Shown: one piece after another, positions 18,505 to 28,098 of the stretch
How positions within the stretch are numbered: position 1 is the stretch's first letter
Layout of the letters: each line of letters begins with the position of its first letter
DNA from: Prochlorococcaceae cyanobacterium Fu_MAG_50
GTDB lineage: Bacteria > Cyanobacteriota > Cyanobacteriia > PCC-6307 > Cyanobiaceae
Direction of reading: 5' to 3'
Assembly (NCBI GenBank): GCA_036012625.1
Contig: DASCPR010000172.1
Coordinates: forward strand, 1 to 29,758
Length of the DNA stretch: 29,758 nucleotides
Made by a program: the position numbers and the translations under genes
The notes under the pieces: generated by a model
Told to the model about the DNA's origin: nothing
Databases searched by the model: none
The model's input: the letters and a program-made list of their open reading frames with translations, nothing else

Positions 18505-18691
18505 GCTTGGGTTGACCAGAACGTGGAATGAATAAGTCTTACGTAAAGCTTGAGGATGAGGGCGTTGAGATCGCCTCAGTGCCAATCGGCAACACCACTC
18601 AGAAACGCACTCTTGGCAAAGTCAATCCTGATCACCAGTGTTGTGTTGTTGAGAAGTTTTGCTGACAAGTTTTGCTTGTCTTTAAAGGGTT

Positions 18692-19192
18692 TCAACTCTC
18701 CAAAATCAGAACGTTCTCCTCCAGGGGAAGTAATTCATCATCATCTCCAGCCCTGAGGCGAACCGGAGCAGAGAATCCACGGGCCTTGGCACCCTTCACC
18801 TCAAAAGGGCCGGGTGTGCCGGAAGGCACAGATAATCTCAATGCAAAGTGATGGGAGCCAGGCTCCACGTCTCCAATCGAGCCCAATCGTGTGCGGTTAT
18901 GCAGAACTGGCTCGCCGCTGGCATCGAGGATCTGAGCAAAAACGTCAATATCAACAATGGTTTTTTTCCCGGGGTTCAGCGCCTCTCCTGAAAGCACATA
19001 GCAGGAGGCTCCGAGTTTTCGCTTCATTTCAGGCTGTGATGCAGGATCTGAAGCATCACAGGCGGCGATGGTCACATCAGAGAGGGCAAGATCTGCAGCC
19101 TGCACCGGTTCAACACCACCAACACTCACCACAACAAACAGCACCAGCATCAAAATCGTTTTCAGCATTGAGTTCAGCAAGGCTCTGATCAT
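18692..19192 (-). CDS. Conserved cyanobacterial hypothetical protein with signal peptide
   Basis: Seen: hydrophobic N-terminus ending VQA, two Cys, and the motif DASGEPVLHNRTRLGSIGD; ATGA overlap with the upstream MazG-like gene. Conservation is recalled, not searched. Confidence 0.8.
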   Translation of the reverse strand: MIRALLNSMLKTILMLVLFVVVSVGGVEPVQAADLALSDVTIAACDASDPASQPEMKRKLGASCYVLSGEALNPGKKTIVDIDVFAQILDASGEPVLHNRTRLGSIGDVEPGSHHFALRLSVPSGTPGPFEVKGAKARGFSAPVRLRAGDDDELLPLEENVLILES

Positions 19193-19518
19193 CGATGGTC
19201 TCCACTACCTGAGATCTGGCCTCTGGAGGCCCTGCTTGCCAGTTTATCGAGATTCATCCTGGCAACATCCTCAAGCTCGAATCCCAGTTCACTGGCAAGT
19301 TGTGCGACATACCAAAGCACGTCACCAAGTTCAAGACAGATCGAGTCACGGGCTTGCTGATCAAACACACCGCCCCGATCCCGCAGCACCTTCTTGACCT
19401 TGTCAGCCACCTCACCGGCTTCCCCAGTCAGACCAAGGGTCGGATAGATGGGATTGTGACCCACATCCGGATAGCGAGCCGTGTCACGGGAAGCTTTCTG
19501 GTAATGATTCAGATCCAT
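19189..19518 (-). CDS. MazG-like nucleoside triphosphate pyrophosphohydrolase
   Basis: Seen: LGLTGEAGEVADKVKK...LELGDVLWY (ExxE...ExxD metal motif), 109 aa. Confidence 0.88.
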   Translation of the reverse strand: MDLNHYQKASRDTARYPDVGHNPIYPTLGLTGEAGEVADKVKKVLRDRGGVFDQQARDSICLELGDVLWYVAQLASELGFELEDVARMNLDKLASRASRGQISGSGDHR

Positions 19519-19597
19519 GTTTCAACGCACCCCGCCGCAGAAGGGCACCAGTGATTAAGGCTGGATGGTAGTTTCCGCGATGTTTCAGGTCCCGGTG

Positions 19598-21382
19598 ATG
19601 GCCCAGATCGATCTGACACGGCGTACCAAGATCGTGGCCACCATCGGCCCGGCGACTGAAAGTCCTGAACGTATCCGAGAACTGATTCAGGCAGGCGCAA
19701 CAACCTTCCGACTCAACTTCTCCCACGGTGACCACAGCGAACACGCCAAGCGCCTGGCAACGATTCGCGAGGTATCCCAGGATCTGGGTCTGCATATCGG
19801 TGTTCTCCAGGATCTGCAGGGTCCCAAGATCCGCCTCGGTCGCTTTGAGGAAGGCCCGATCATCCTTGAGAAAGGAGATCCCTTCGCCCTCACCTCCAAG
19901 CCGTTGCGCTGCGATCAGAGCATTGCAACGGTGACCTACGACAAACTTGCCGAGGAGGTTTCGCAAGGCTGCCGGATCCTGCTTGATGACGGTCGCGTTG
20001 AAATGGTCGTTGATCGCATTGATGCCGAAGAGCACACCCTCCACTGCATCGTCACGGTCGGAGGCATGCTCTCCAACAACAAGGGAGTGAATTTCCCGGA
20101 CGTGCAGCTGTCGGTGCGAGCCCTCACAACCAAGGACCGCGAGGATCTGGCCTTCGGTCTTCAGCAAGGGGTCGACTGGGTGGCGTTGAGCTTCGTACGC
20201 AATCCCTCGGATATGCAGGAAATCCGTGAATTGATCCACCAACAGGGGCATAACACCCCTGTGATCGCCAAGATTGAAAAATTCGAAGCCATCGATCAGA
20301 TCGACGCGATCCTGCCCCTCTGTGATGGCGTGATGGTGGCCCGAGGTGATCTCGGGGTGGAGATGCCAGCAGAGGAGGTTCCTCTTTTGCAGAAGGACCT
20401 GATCCACAAATCCAACAGCCTCGGGATACCGATCATCACGGCCACGCAGATGCTCGACTCGATGGCATCAAGTCCTCGCCCCACCAGGGCTGAGGTCAGT
20501 GATGTGGCCAATGCCATTCTCGATGGCACCGACGCCGTGATGCTTTCCAATGAAACCGCTGTCGGCGACTTTCCTGTGGAGGCGGTGGAGACCATGGCCA
20601 CCATCGCCAGGCGGATCGAGAAGGACTATCCACTGCGACCGATCGACACTCATCTGCCCAGCACGATTCCCAATGCCATCAGTGGTGCTGTCAGCAGCAT
20701 CGCCAGGCAACTCAACGCCGCAGCGATCCTGCCACTCACAAAAAGCGGTGCCACAGCCCACAACGTCAGTAAATTCCGTCCCTCAACACCGATTCTTGCG
20801 ATCACCAGTGAGGTGTCCGTGGCCAGGAAGCTGCAGATGGTCTGGGGCGTCACCCCACTGCTGATCCCAGATCAGAAGAGCACCTCAGGAACCTTCAGCC
20901 TCGCCATGGGCGTGGCCCAGGAAATGGGCCTGCTCAAGGAGGGGGACCTGGCAGTTCAAACCGCAGGCACCCTGACTGGAGTCAGTGGGTCAACGGATCT
21001 TGTCAAGGTCGGCATCGTCAGTGCGGTGCTCGCGAGGGGAACAGGGATCGGCAGCGGCACCGTCAGCGGCAAGGTGAGACTGGCCCTGAAACCAAGCGAC
21101 TGCGCCAGAATGGAACCTGGTGAAATTCTTGTGGTCAAGGACACATCAGCCGACTATCTCGATGCGATCCAAGCTTCCGGCGGTGTGATCACGGAACAGG
21201 TTGCAGAGGAAAGCCACGCAGTTGTGATCGCCAAACGTCTTGGTGTACCGATCATCGCTGGAGTGCCTCGCGCCACAGTTGATCTGCGAGAGGGGGAAGT
21301 GGTGACACTGCAGTTGCGAGATGGAATTGTGCACCGAGGTACCGGCGTCAACAGGGCCACGAGACACGACGCGATGATCTGA
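19598..21382 (+). CDS. pyk: Pyruvate kinase with C-terminal PEP-utiliser (swivelling) domain
   Basis: Seen: RRTKIVATIGPA, RLNFSHG, DLQGPKIR, VMVARGDLGVE and VMLSNETAVG, plus a C-terminal extension (SGKVRL...HAVVIAKRLGVPII). The start at ATG 19598 is inferred. Confidence 0.97.
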   Translation: MAQIDLTRRTKIVATIGPATESPERIRELIQAGATTFRLNFSHGDHSEHAKRLATIREVSQDLGLHIGVLQDLQGPKIRLGRFEEGPIILEKGDPFALTSKPLRCDQSIATVTYDKLAEEVSQGCRILLDDGRVEMVVDRIDAEEHTLHCIVTVGGMLSNNKGVNFPDVQLSVRALTTKDREDLAFGLQQGVDWVALSFVRNPSDMQEIRELIHQQGHNTPVIAKIEKFEAIDQIDAILPLCDGVMVARGDLGVEMPAEEVPLLQKDLIHKSNSLGIPIITATQMLDSMASSPRPTRAEVSDVANAILDGTDAVMLSNETAVGDFPVEAVETMATIARRIEKDYPLRPIDTHLPSTIPNAISGAVSSIARQLNAAAILPLTKSGATAHNVSKFRPSTPILAITSEVSVARKLQMVWGVTPLLIPDQKSTSGTFSLAMGVAQEMGLLKEGDLAVQTAGTLTGVSGSTDLVKVGIVSAVLARGTGIGSGTVSGKVRLALKPSDCARMEPGEILVVKDTSADYLDAIQASGGVITEQVAEESHAVVIAKRLGVPIIAGVPRATVDLREGEVVTLQLRDGIVHRGTGVNRATRHDAMI

Positions 21383-21387
21383 AGCCC

Positions 21388-22617
21388 ATGGCCAGCAAGC
21401 TGCCTCCGATCGAAACGGTGCGGATGGCGCTCACCACCCTGAGAAGCAATCGTCTGCGAAGCCTGCTGACCATGCTCGGCATCGTCATCGGCAACGCCTC
21501 CGTGATCATCCTTGTGGGGGTTGGACGTGGTGCTCAAAACCTTGCTGAGGATCAGTTGAGCAGCCTCGGAGCCAACGTGCTGTTCGTTGTGCCGGGAAAC
21601 AATGACACCCGCCGTCGAGGGGTGGCCTTCCCAAAAACATTGGTGATCGAAGACGCAGAAGCCATCGCTGAACAGGTGCCGAGCATCAAACGGGTCGCAC
21701 CCCAGATCACCTCCAGTGAAGTCGTCCAGGCGGGGGGCCGCAGTTCCTCCAGCTCGATCTCAGGGATCACACCGGATTTCCTCTCGGTGAGAAGTTTTGA
21801 TCTCTCCAGAGGTCGGTTCATCAGCGAACTGGATCTCCAGGGTGCGCGCAGCGTCGTGGTGATCGGCCCTGATCTGCGCGACAAGCTTTTTCCAACAGGC
21901 AATGCCATTGGTCAGAAGCTCAGGATCAAGGATCAATCCTTCAAGGTGATCGGTGTAATGGCGCCGAAAGGGGCTGTTTTCGGAAGCAATCAGGACGAAA
22001 ACGCCTACATCCCCCTCACCACAATGGTGAGCAGGCTCACCGGCAGGGATCCCACCTACGGGATCAGCCTCAGTTTCATCAGCGTTGAAGCCAAGGATGA
22101 GGCCAGCACAGGTGCTGCCAAATTTCAGATCACCAATCTGCTCAGGCAACGGCATCGAATCCTGCGTGACGACGATTTCGCCGTTCGTTCCCAGAAGGAT
22201 GCTCTCACCATCGTCAGCACGATCACTGGGGGACTCACCCTGATGCTCGCTGCCATCGGTGGAGTCTCTCTGCTCGTGGGAGGGATTGGGATCATGAACA
22301 TCATGCTGGTGTCCGTGAGTGAGAGAACACAGGAGATCGGGCTGCGCAAAGCACTCGGTGCTCGCAGTGCTGACGTTCTCAATCAGTTCCTGATCGAATC
22401 CCTGGTTCTTGCCTGTCTTGGGGGGGTGATCGGCACTGCGGTGGGGATCGGAAGCGTCACAGCGATAGCAATCATCACCACCCTGCCGGCAAGTATCGGC
22501 CCGGTAACGATCCTGATCACCGTGAGCCTTTCCGGCTCGATCGGCTTGTTCTTCGGAGTGGTCCCAGCCAGGCGGGCAGCCAGGCTCGATCCGATCGTTG
22601 CCCTGAGAAGCCTCTGA
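21388..22617 (+). CDS. MacB/FtsX-family ABC transporter permease
   Basis: Seen: RSLLTMLGIVIGNASVI, GGIGIMNIMLVSVSERTQEIGLRKALGA and PARRAARLDPIVALR. There is no ATPase domain. Confidence 0.93.
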   Translation: MASKLPPIETVRMALTTLRSNRLRSLLTMLGIVIGNASVIILVGVGRGAQNLAEDQLSSLGANVLFVVPGNNDTRRRGVAFPKTLVIEDAEAIAEQVPSIKRVAPQITSSEVVQAGGRSSSSSISGITPDFLSVRSFDLSRGRFISELDLQGARSVVVIGPDLRDKLFPTGNAIGQKLRIKDQSFKVIGVMAPKGAVFGSNQDENAYIPLTTMVSRLTGRDPTYGISLSFISVEAKDEASTGAAKFQITNLLRQRHRILRDDDFAVRSQKDALTIVSTITGGLTLMLAAIGGVSLLVGGIGIMNIMLVSVSERTQEIGLRKALGARSADVLNQFLIESLVLACLGGVIGTAVGIGSVTAIAIITTLPASIGPVTILITVSLSGSIGLFFGVVPARRAARLDPIVALRSL

Positions 22618-22699
22618 AAGGCAACCTCAATGATCGTCACCCCATGACACACGGAAGGCCAGGTATCACCCTTACAGTCGGTGAACTTTCAGGCCCTTC

Positions 22700-24616
22700 A
22701 TGAACCAGCGCTGGCGAATCATTGCTTTGTGGTTGCTCCCGATTGGCGTTGGCCTTTTTCTTCTTTGGCAGGTCATCGGCAGTGGCAGCATCAATGCTGT
22801 GTCCCCGGAAGGCCCTGCGGCATCACCCCGTAACACGGCCATCACCCGGATGAGCTATGGACGTTTCCTTGATTATGTGGAAGCAGGCAGGGTCACAGCC
22901 GTTGACATCTACGACGGTGGGCGCAATGCCGTTGTTGAAGCCGTGGACCCGGATATCGATAACAGGGTCCAGCGACTTCGCGTTGACCTGCCTGGTCTGG
23001 CACCGGAACTGATCAACACTCTCAAGGATGAGGGAATCAGCTTTGACATTCACCCTCCCAGGACAGGGCCTCCAGGTCTTGGCATCCTCGGCAATCTGCT
23101 CTTCCCACTGCTCCTGATCGGTGGGCTGATTCTTCTCGCCAGACGCTCGAGCTCGATGCCCGGAGGACCGGGACAAGCAATGCAGTTCGGCAAGACCAAG
23201 GCAAGATTCGCCATGGAAGCTGAAACAGGCGTGAAATTCGATGATGTTGCCGGTGTCGCAGAGGCCAAGCAGGATCTCCAGGAGGTTGTGACCTTTCTGA
23301 AGCAACCGGAACGCTTCACCTCAGTCGGAGCAGAGATTCCCAAAGGTGTTCTGCTTGTTGGCCCACCTGGAACCGGTAAGACCCTGCTTGCCAAAGCAAT
23401 CGCCGGCGAAGCTGGTGTTCCCTTTTTCTCGTTATCTGGATCTGAATTCGTCGAGATGTTCGTTGGCGTTGGTGCCAGCCGGGTCAGGGATCTGTTCAAA
23501 CGTGCCAAGGAAAACACTCCCTGCCTGATTTTCATCGATGAGATCGATGCCGTTGGCCGTCAACGGGGTGCAGGCATCGGTGGTGGCAACGACGAGCGTG
23601 AACAGACCCTCAATCAGCTGCTCACTGAGATGGATGGCTTTGAGGGCAACAGCGGCATCATCATCATTGCCGCCACAAACCGCCCTGATGTTCTTGACTC
23701 AGCCCTGATGCGCCCCGGCCGATTCGACCGGCAGGTGAGCGTTGACCCACCGGATGTGAAAGGGCGGCTATCCATCCTCGAAGTGCACGCCAGAGACAAG
23801 AAACTCGAAGAGAGCCTTTCCCTAGAAAGCATTGCCAGAAGGACCCCAGGCTTCACTGGTGCTGACCTGGCCAACCTTCTCAATGAAGCCGCGATTCTCA
23901 CGGCCAGACGCCGCAAAGATGCCATCGGGCTTTCTGAAATCGATGCTGCAGTGGATCGAATCATTGCCGGCATGGAGGGTCAACCACTCACGGATGGCCG
24001 CAGCAAGAGACTGATCGCTTATCACGAAGTCGGCCATGCCCTCGTCGGCACTCTGATCAAAGCCCATGATCCCGTTCAGAAGGTCACCCTGATCCCAAGG
24101 GGTCAGGCCAAGGGCCTGACATGGTTCTCCCCAGACGAGGATCAGATGCTGATCACCAGGGCCCAGCTCAGGGCCAGAATCATGGGAGCGTTGGGTGGAC
24201 GTGCTGCGGAAGATGTTGTCTTCGGCCATTCCGAAGTCACAACAGGAGCTGGTGGAGACATACAACAAGTGGCCTCAATGGCTAGACAAATGGTCACCAG
24301 GTTTGGCATGAGTGATCTTGGCCCGATGTCCCTTGAGGGTGGAAACCAGGAAGTGTTTCTTGGTAGAGACCTGATGACAAGGAGCGATATCTCTGATTCA
24401 ATTTCCAAGCAGATCGATGAACAGGTAAGGACAATCGTCAAAAGCTGTTACAACGAAACAGTCGAACTTGTTCAGAAGCAAAGGCAAGGGATGGATCAAC
24501 TGGTTGAGCTACTGATTGAGAAGGAAACAATTGATGGCGATGAATTCCGCTCCGTCGTCGCTGAGTTTGCCGAGATCCCCGAGAAGGAAAGAACTGAGCA
24601 ATTACTCAGCACTTAA
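22700..24616 (+). CDS. ftsH: ATP-dependent zinc metalloprotease FtsH (FtsH2/Slr0228-like)
   Basis: Seen: two TM segments, Walker A GPPGTGKT, Walker [32 protein letters not shown] and zinc motif [18 protein letters not shown] and [11 protein letters not shown] resemble FtsH2 as I recall it. Confidence 0.97.
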   Translation: MNQRWRIIALWLLPIGVGLFLLWQVIGSGSINAVSPEGPAASPRNTAITRMSYGRFLDYVEAGRVTAVDIYDGGRNAVVEAVDPDIDNRVQRLRVDLPGLAPELINTLKDEGISFDIHPPRTGPPGLGILGNLLFPLLLIGGLILLARRSSSMPGGPGQAMQFGKTKARFAMEAETGVKFDDVAGVAEAKQDLQEVVTFLKQPERFTSVGAEIPKGVLLVGPPGTGKTLLAKAIAGEAGVPFFSLSGSEFVEMFVGVGASRVRDLFKRAKENTPCLIFIDEIDAVGRQRGAGIGGGNDEREQTLNQLLTEMDGFEGNSGIIIIAATNRPDVLDSALMRPGRFDRQVSVDPPDVKGRLSILEVHARDKKLEESLSLESIARRTPGFTGADLANLLNEAAILTARRRKDAIGLSEIDAAVDRIIAGMEGQPLTDGRSKRLIAYHEVGHALVGTLIKAHDPVQKVTLIPRGQAKGLTWFSPDEDQMLITRAQLRARIMGALGGRAAEDVVFGHSEVTTGAGGDIQQVASMARQMVTRFGMSDLGPMSLEGGNQEVFLGRDLMTRSDISDSISKQIDEQVRTIVKSCYNETVELVQKQRQGMDQLVELLIEKETIDGDEFRSVVAEFAEIPEKERTEQLLST

Positions 24617-24674
24617 TTCGCAAGTGCTCGAGCAGCCATTGCTCTGCTGATCCTTATCCTTGATCACAATCCCT

Positions 24675-24709
24675 AGTCACTGAGGAGCCAAAACTCAGTG
24701 ACTTTTTTT
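24675..24709 (+). terminator. Rho-independent terminator downstream of ftsH
   Basis: Seen: stem AGTCACTGAG (24675-24684) / CTCAGTGACT (24694-24703), 9-nt loop, followed by a T-run to 24709. Confidence 0.85.
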
Positions 24710-24751
24710 AACTTCTGAACTGTACTTTGCCTTCAGCACCCGACTGCACCC

Positions 24752-24784
24752 TAACTACTGACAATAACTACTGATAAGCACTGA
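24752..24784. repeat. Three short direct repeats, TAACTACTGA x2 plus TAAGCACTGA
   Basis: Seen at 24752-24761, 24765-24774 and 24775-24784; a partial TACTGACA lies near 24803. Confidence 0.7.
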
Positions 24785-24944
24785 ATAAAACAATTTTGAT
24801 CTTACTGACAGGCAGTATCATCCAGCAAAGCAGTTCGTCGCAACCACTGACTCTTTCAAAATAATAGGTCTCCAGAGGGAAACATAGAATCAAAAACTGG
24901 CAAAGTCATGAAATCATCAATGAATGCACTTCCCGACAAGCAAA

Positions 24945-25538
24945 TCAGGCAACGGGATGAACTGGCCGCTTGTCAATCACACTGTCGATCAGCCCATAAC
25001 TTGCGGCTTCCGACGGAGACATGAAGAAATCACGGTCTGTATCCTCCCTGATGCGCTCAATTGGCTGGCCAGTACGCTCAGCAAGTTCTTGGTTAAGACG
25101 GTCTTTAAGGAAGAGAATCTCATCGGCCTGAATACGAATATCACTGGCCTGTCCCCTTGCACCACCAAGGGGCTGGTGAATCATGATTCGAGAATGCTGC
25201 AAACTGCTCCGCTTACCCTTAGCCCCTGCGCAAAGCAGGAAAGCACCCATACTGGCAGCGAGTCCAACACAAACAGTATTAACATCAGGAGTTATATGTT
25301 GCATCGTATCAAAAATCCCTAGGCCATCATAAACAGACCCCCCAGGAGAATTTATATAGAGATAAACATCCTTCTCCGGGTCTTCCGCCTCAAGAAAAAG
25401 CATCTGAGCAACAATGCGATTGGCGGAATCACTGGTAACAGGCTCTCCAAGAAAAATGATGCGTTCTCTCAACAGGCGCGAATAGATATCAAAAGCCCTT
25501 TCACCTCGGCCCGATTCTTCAATCACGATCGGGATCAT
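24945..25538 (-). CDS. clpP: ATP-dependent Clp protease proteolytic subunit (ClpP1-like)
   Basis: Seen: [30 protein letters not shown] and catalytic triad contexts GLAASMG, IMIHQP and DRDFFMS. Start moved from the ORF-track 25793, which overlaps psb29, to ATG 25538. Confidence 0.96.
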   Translation of the reverse strand: MIPIVIEESGRGERAFDIYSRLLRERIIFLGEPVTSDSANRIVAQMLFLEAEDPEKDVYLYINSPGGSVYDGLGIFDTMQHITPDVNTVCVGLAASMGAFLLCAGAKGKRSSLQHSRIMIHQPLGGARGQASDIRIQADEILFLKDRLNQELAERTGQPIERIREDTDRDFFMSPSEAASYGLIDSVIDKRPVHPVA

Positions 25539-25619
25539 GCTGTTCTGCTCAGTTGACACGATCCTAACGGCGGCATCAGCAGCGCTAGGGTTTTCTGCAT
25601 ACCAGCCCAGGCCAGCGAC

Positions 25620-26339
25620 TTGAGCGATAGCCAGACCATTGCCGACAGCAAACGAGCTTTTCACGGCCTCTTCCCCCATGTGATTCCAGCTTTGTACAGA
25701 CGTACAGCTGATGAGTTGCTGGTGGAACTGCACCTGCTGAGCCATCAGAAGCACTTCAGAGCTGATGCCTTGTTTGCCGTTGGGATGCTGCAAGTGTTCG
25801 AGACCTTCACCCGTGGCTACAGGCCGGAGGCACAGCTACCGATGCTGTTCAACGCCATCTGCAGCTGCAATGGCTTTGATCCGGCATCCCTGCGTGCTCA
25901 GGCCGAACAAGCGATCCAGGCCGTGAGGGCGGGGGGTCACAACCCTGAGGATGTGCAGCAATGGATCGAGAACAAGGGGGTTGGAGCGCCTGAGGCCCTT
26001 GCTGAAGGCCTCAAACGGGCTGACAACGCCAGTTTCCACTACTCACGTCTGATGGCCGTGGGCTTACTCACACTGCTTCTCAAAGCACAGGGCGAGGAAT
26101 CAACAGATCCTGAAAAAATGCTTGAGAAGGCCCATCAACTCGGTGAAGCCATGGGGTTCTCAAAACCGCGGGTTCAGAAAGACCTCTCCATTTACACCGC
26201 AAATCTCGAAAAAATGACTCAAGCTGTTGAGCTGATGGAAGAAACCCTCGCTGCCGAAAGGAGAAAGAGGGAGCGGGAGCAAGCTGAACCCAACGTTGAC
26301 AGCAAGCCTGAGGAGATTGTTCAAGGCGTCTCGGGCTGA
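25620..26339 (+). CDS. psb29: Photosystem II biogenesis protein Psb29/THF1
   Basis: Seen: [36 protein letters not shown] and RVQKDLSIY; TTG start. Confidence 0.93.
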   Translation: MSDSQTIADSKRAFHGLFPHVIPALYRRTADELLVELHLLSHQKHFRADALFAVGMLQVFETFTRGYRPEAQLPMLFNAICSCNGFDPASLRAQAEQAIQAVRAGGHNPEDVQQWIENKGVGAPEALAEGLKRADNASFHYSRLMAVGLLTLLLKAQGEESTDPEKMLEKAHQLGEAMGFSKPRVQKDLSIYTANLEKMTQAVELMEETLAAERRKREREQAEPNVDSKPEEIVQGVSG

Positions 26340-27796
26340 GCCAGGCTCAACTGACCTTGCATCCACCACCAGGATTGACTGCCTGTCTGACTGCCTTGAA
26401 GTTCAGAGAGTTGCAGTTGCAGCTGTTGTGCCTTTTGTACCGGAGCTGGCCAGTTGCCGCTGAGCATCCCCAGCTTTTCGAGGCGGCTCGGATCAGCCCA
26501 GAGCCTTAAGGGTGTATCAGCTGCAAGCTGGGGTGTTGGCAAACCTGGCCTGGATAAAGGCGCAGCACCCAGGGAGAGATCAAGCCGGTTGTGCAGGCTG
26601 TTGTGATTCTGGTTGGTCTTGTGATTCTGGTTGGTCTTGTGATTCTGGTTGGTCTTGCTGTGATGCCAGGTCCAACCACCAACAACAGCCGTTTTACCAG
26701 CGTCTGTCCTGCTCCAGATGGTTGTTCGTGAGGAGGCTTGAGCAGGGCTTTTTACCCCTGACTCTGGAACCGTTGACTGATCAAATCCCCGCTCCTGCAG
26801 GCGAGCACTCACCGCATCAAGAACCGGGGACCAGCGTGGCGCACCACCGGCAAGAAGCATCTGCATCTGAATACTGGCCTGATATCTGCCATCCCTCTTC
26901 TCCATCAGCATCAAGTCAAGGGGAGCCAATCCCAGTTTCAGCCGATCCTTTTGGGTGAGACCGTAATCAGTTTCAAGGGGATCGCGAATGATCCGGCGTG
27001 AAAGCAAACTTCCAAACAGCAGATCTGAACGGGTGCTTTTCAACGAAAGCAGCAGATCGTCAGGGCGATTCTTGCTGGAAAAGCTCAACAGATCTGCAAA
27101 CCTTGCTTGTGGCTTGGGCCTGAGCCTCGATGGGGCTGAACTGAAGGATCTCGAACCCACAACGCCCTGCCAATGCAAGCTGCTTCCCTTGATTTCAAGG
27201 GATAAGCAGCCAACCCTGGCAACTTGAAGAAGGGGGACAAGGGAGCCACTGATGGCGGCAAGTCCCTCGGCAGACCACATCACAGCTGGTTTGTGCAGCA
27301 GCTGGCTCAGACAGAAGCGCTGCAAGCGCTGCTCTTTCGAGATGGGTTCAGAGATGCCGCCATCAAGAATCTTGAGGAGTTGTTGCCGATGCAGGCCATC
27401 CACTCCGATCACAACAATCCCACCCAGGTGAACCTCGGCAAGCCGTGAGGATGTTTTTGATGGCCAGAGCCTGCTCGGCAGGATCAGGTAACCAGCTCCA
27501 TCGTCAGACCAGGCCTGCCACCAGAGCCCTCGTCCCTGACGACTCCAGAGGTCACTGGCAAGCTTCATCCCCAGTCTTTCCCGCCAGAGCCTTGGTGGAT
27601 CACGCCTGGGATCGCCCCGAAAACTCTGCAGAAGATTCATCCGTGCGATCACGGAGTGAAGTGAGCTGTTCGAGTCAGCCGAACGCAATGTTCCCCGTTG
27701 AGCCATGAAGGCTAGAACCAACGCCGGAATGCTCAGAAACAGAGCAATGCCAGCAATGGATACAGGGAATCGGATTCTCCGGCTCAGCCTCAGCAT
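26321..27796 (-). CDS. Hypothetical protein with N-terminal membrane anchor and internal (NHKTNQ)3 repeat
   Basis: Seen: 491-aa open frame with hydrophobic IAGIALFLSIPALVLAFM after a basic N-terminus. No competing long ORF. No family recognised. Confidence 0.78.
   Translation of the reverse strand: MLRLSRRIRFPVSIAGIALFLSIPALVLAFMAQRGTLRSADSNSSLHSVIARMNLLQSFRGDPRRDPPRLWRERLGMKLASDLWSRQGRGLWWQAWSDDGAGYLILPSRLWPSKTSSRLAEVHLGGIVVIGVDGLHRQQLLKILDGGISEPISKEQRLQRFCLSQLLHKPAVMWSAEGLAAISGSLVPLLQVARVGCLSLEIKGSSLHWQGVVGSRSFSSAPSRLRPKPQARFADLLSFSSKNRPDDLLLSLKSTRSDLLFGSLLSRRIIRDPLETDYGLTQKDRLKLGLAPLDLMLMEKRDGRYQASIQMQMLLAGGAPRWSPVLDAVSARLQERGFDQSTVPESGVKSPAQASSRTTIWSRTDAGKTAVVGGWTWHHSKTNQNHKTNQNHKTNQNHNSLHNRLDLSLGAAPLSRPGLPTPQLAADTPLRLWADPSRLEKLGMLSGNWPAPVQKAQQLQLQLSELQGSQTGSQSWWWMQGQLSLAQPETP
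26601..26654. repeat. Three perfect 18-bp tandem copies, TTGTGATTCTGGTTGGTC
   Basis: Seen at 26601-26618, 26619-26636 and 26637-26654; in frame on the minus strand as NHKTNQ repeats. Confidence 0.97.
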
Positions 27797-28098
27797 TTTG
27801 AAAAGGTGTTTTTTTGCCAGGCCTTAAGTCAGATCATTGCTGCCGATGATGCGGCTGAAGCCTGGCCAAGCTGATTTCCTCATTCAAAAAGAGATCTGTT
27901 TCTGCATTTTGACAAAGTCAAGAACCTCAGCAGAACAACCGCGCATCAGCACAAGCTGAACCAGGATTGACGGCAGTGATGTTCAAGGCTGCCAAGAACC
28001 TGACCGTTCATGAATCTGGCTGCCATGAAGGGCACGGCTAACTGGTCCACAGGGCGGCTGGTCACCGTCAACGCTTTGACCAGCAAGCCAATCAACAT

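Noticed and set aside
18337-18585. 82-aa minus-strand ORF crossing the 16-bp array
   Set aside because: The repeat period is not a multiple of 3, the product is low-complexity and basic, and there is no supporting context.
19484-20407. 307-aa antisense ORF (and similar long shadows at 6453..7208, 7880..8572, 9222..9914, 16464..16946 and 22823..23305)
   Set aside because: These lie opposite well-supported genes, have no recognisable motifs, and are expected shadows of codon bias in GC-rich CDS.
20990-21382. C-terminal extra domain on pyruvate kinase as a novel fusion
   Set aside because: The PEP-utiliser swivelling-domain extension is a known feature of cyanobacterial and Bacillus-type pyruvate kinases.
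22420-22426. G7 homopolymer as a phase-variation tract in the permease
   Set aside because: The tract is short, encodes ordinary Leu-Gly-Gly-Val of a conserved TM motif, and the frame is intact.
22662-22676. NtcA site upstream of ftsH (GTATCACCCTTAC)
   Set aside because: The spacing is GTA-N7-TAC, not the canonical GTA-N8-TAC.
24608-24628. Hairpin AGCACTT-N7-AAGTGCT over the ftsH stop as the terminator
   Set aside because: It has no U-tract, and a much better terminator lies at 24675-24709.
25539-25793. 85-aa N-terminal extension of ClpP
   Set aside because: It overlaps psb29 on the opposite strand, and the canonical MIPIVIEE start is at 25538.
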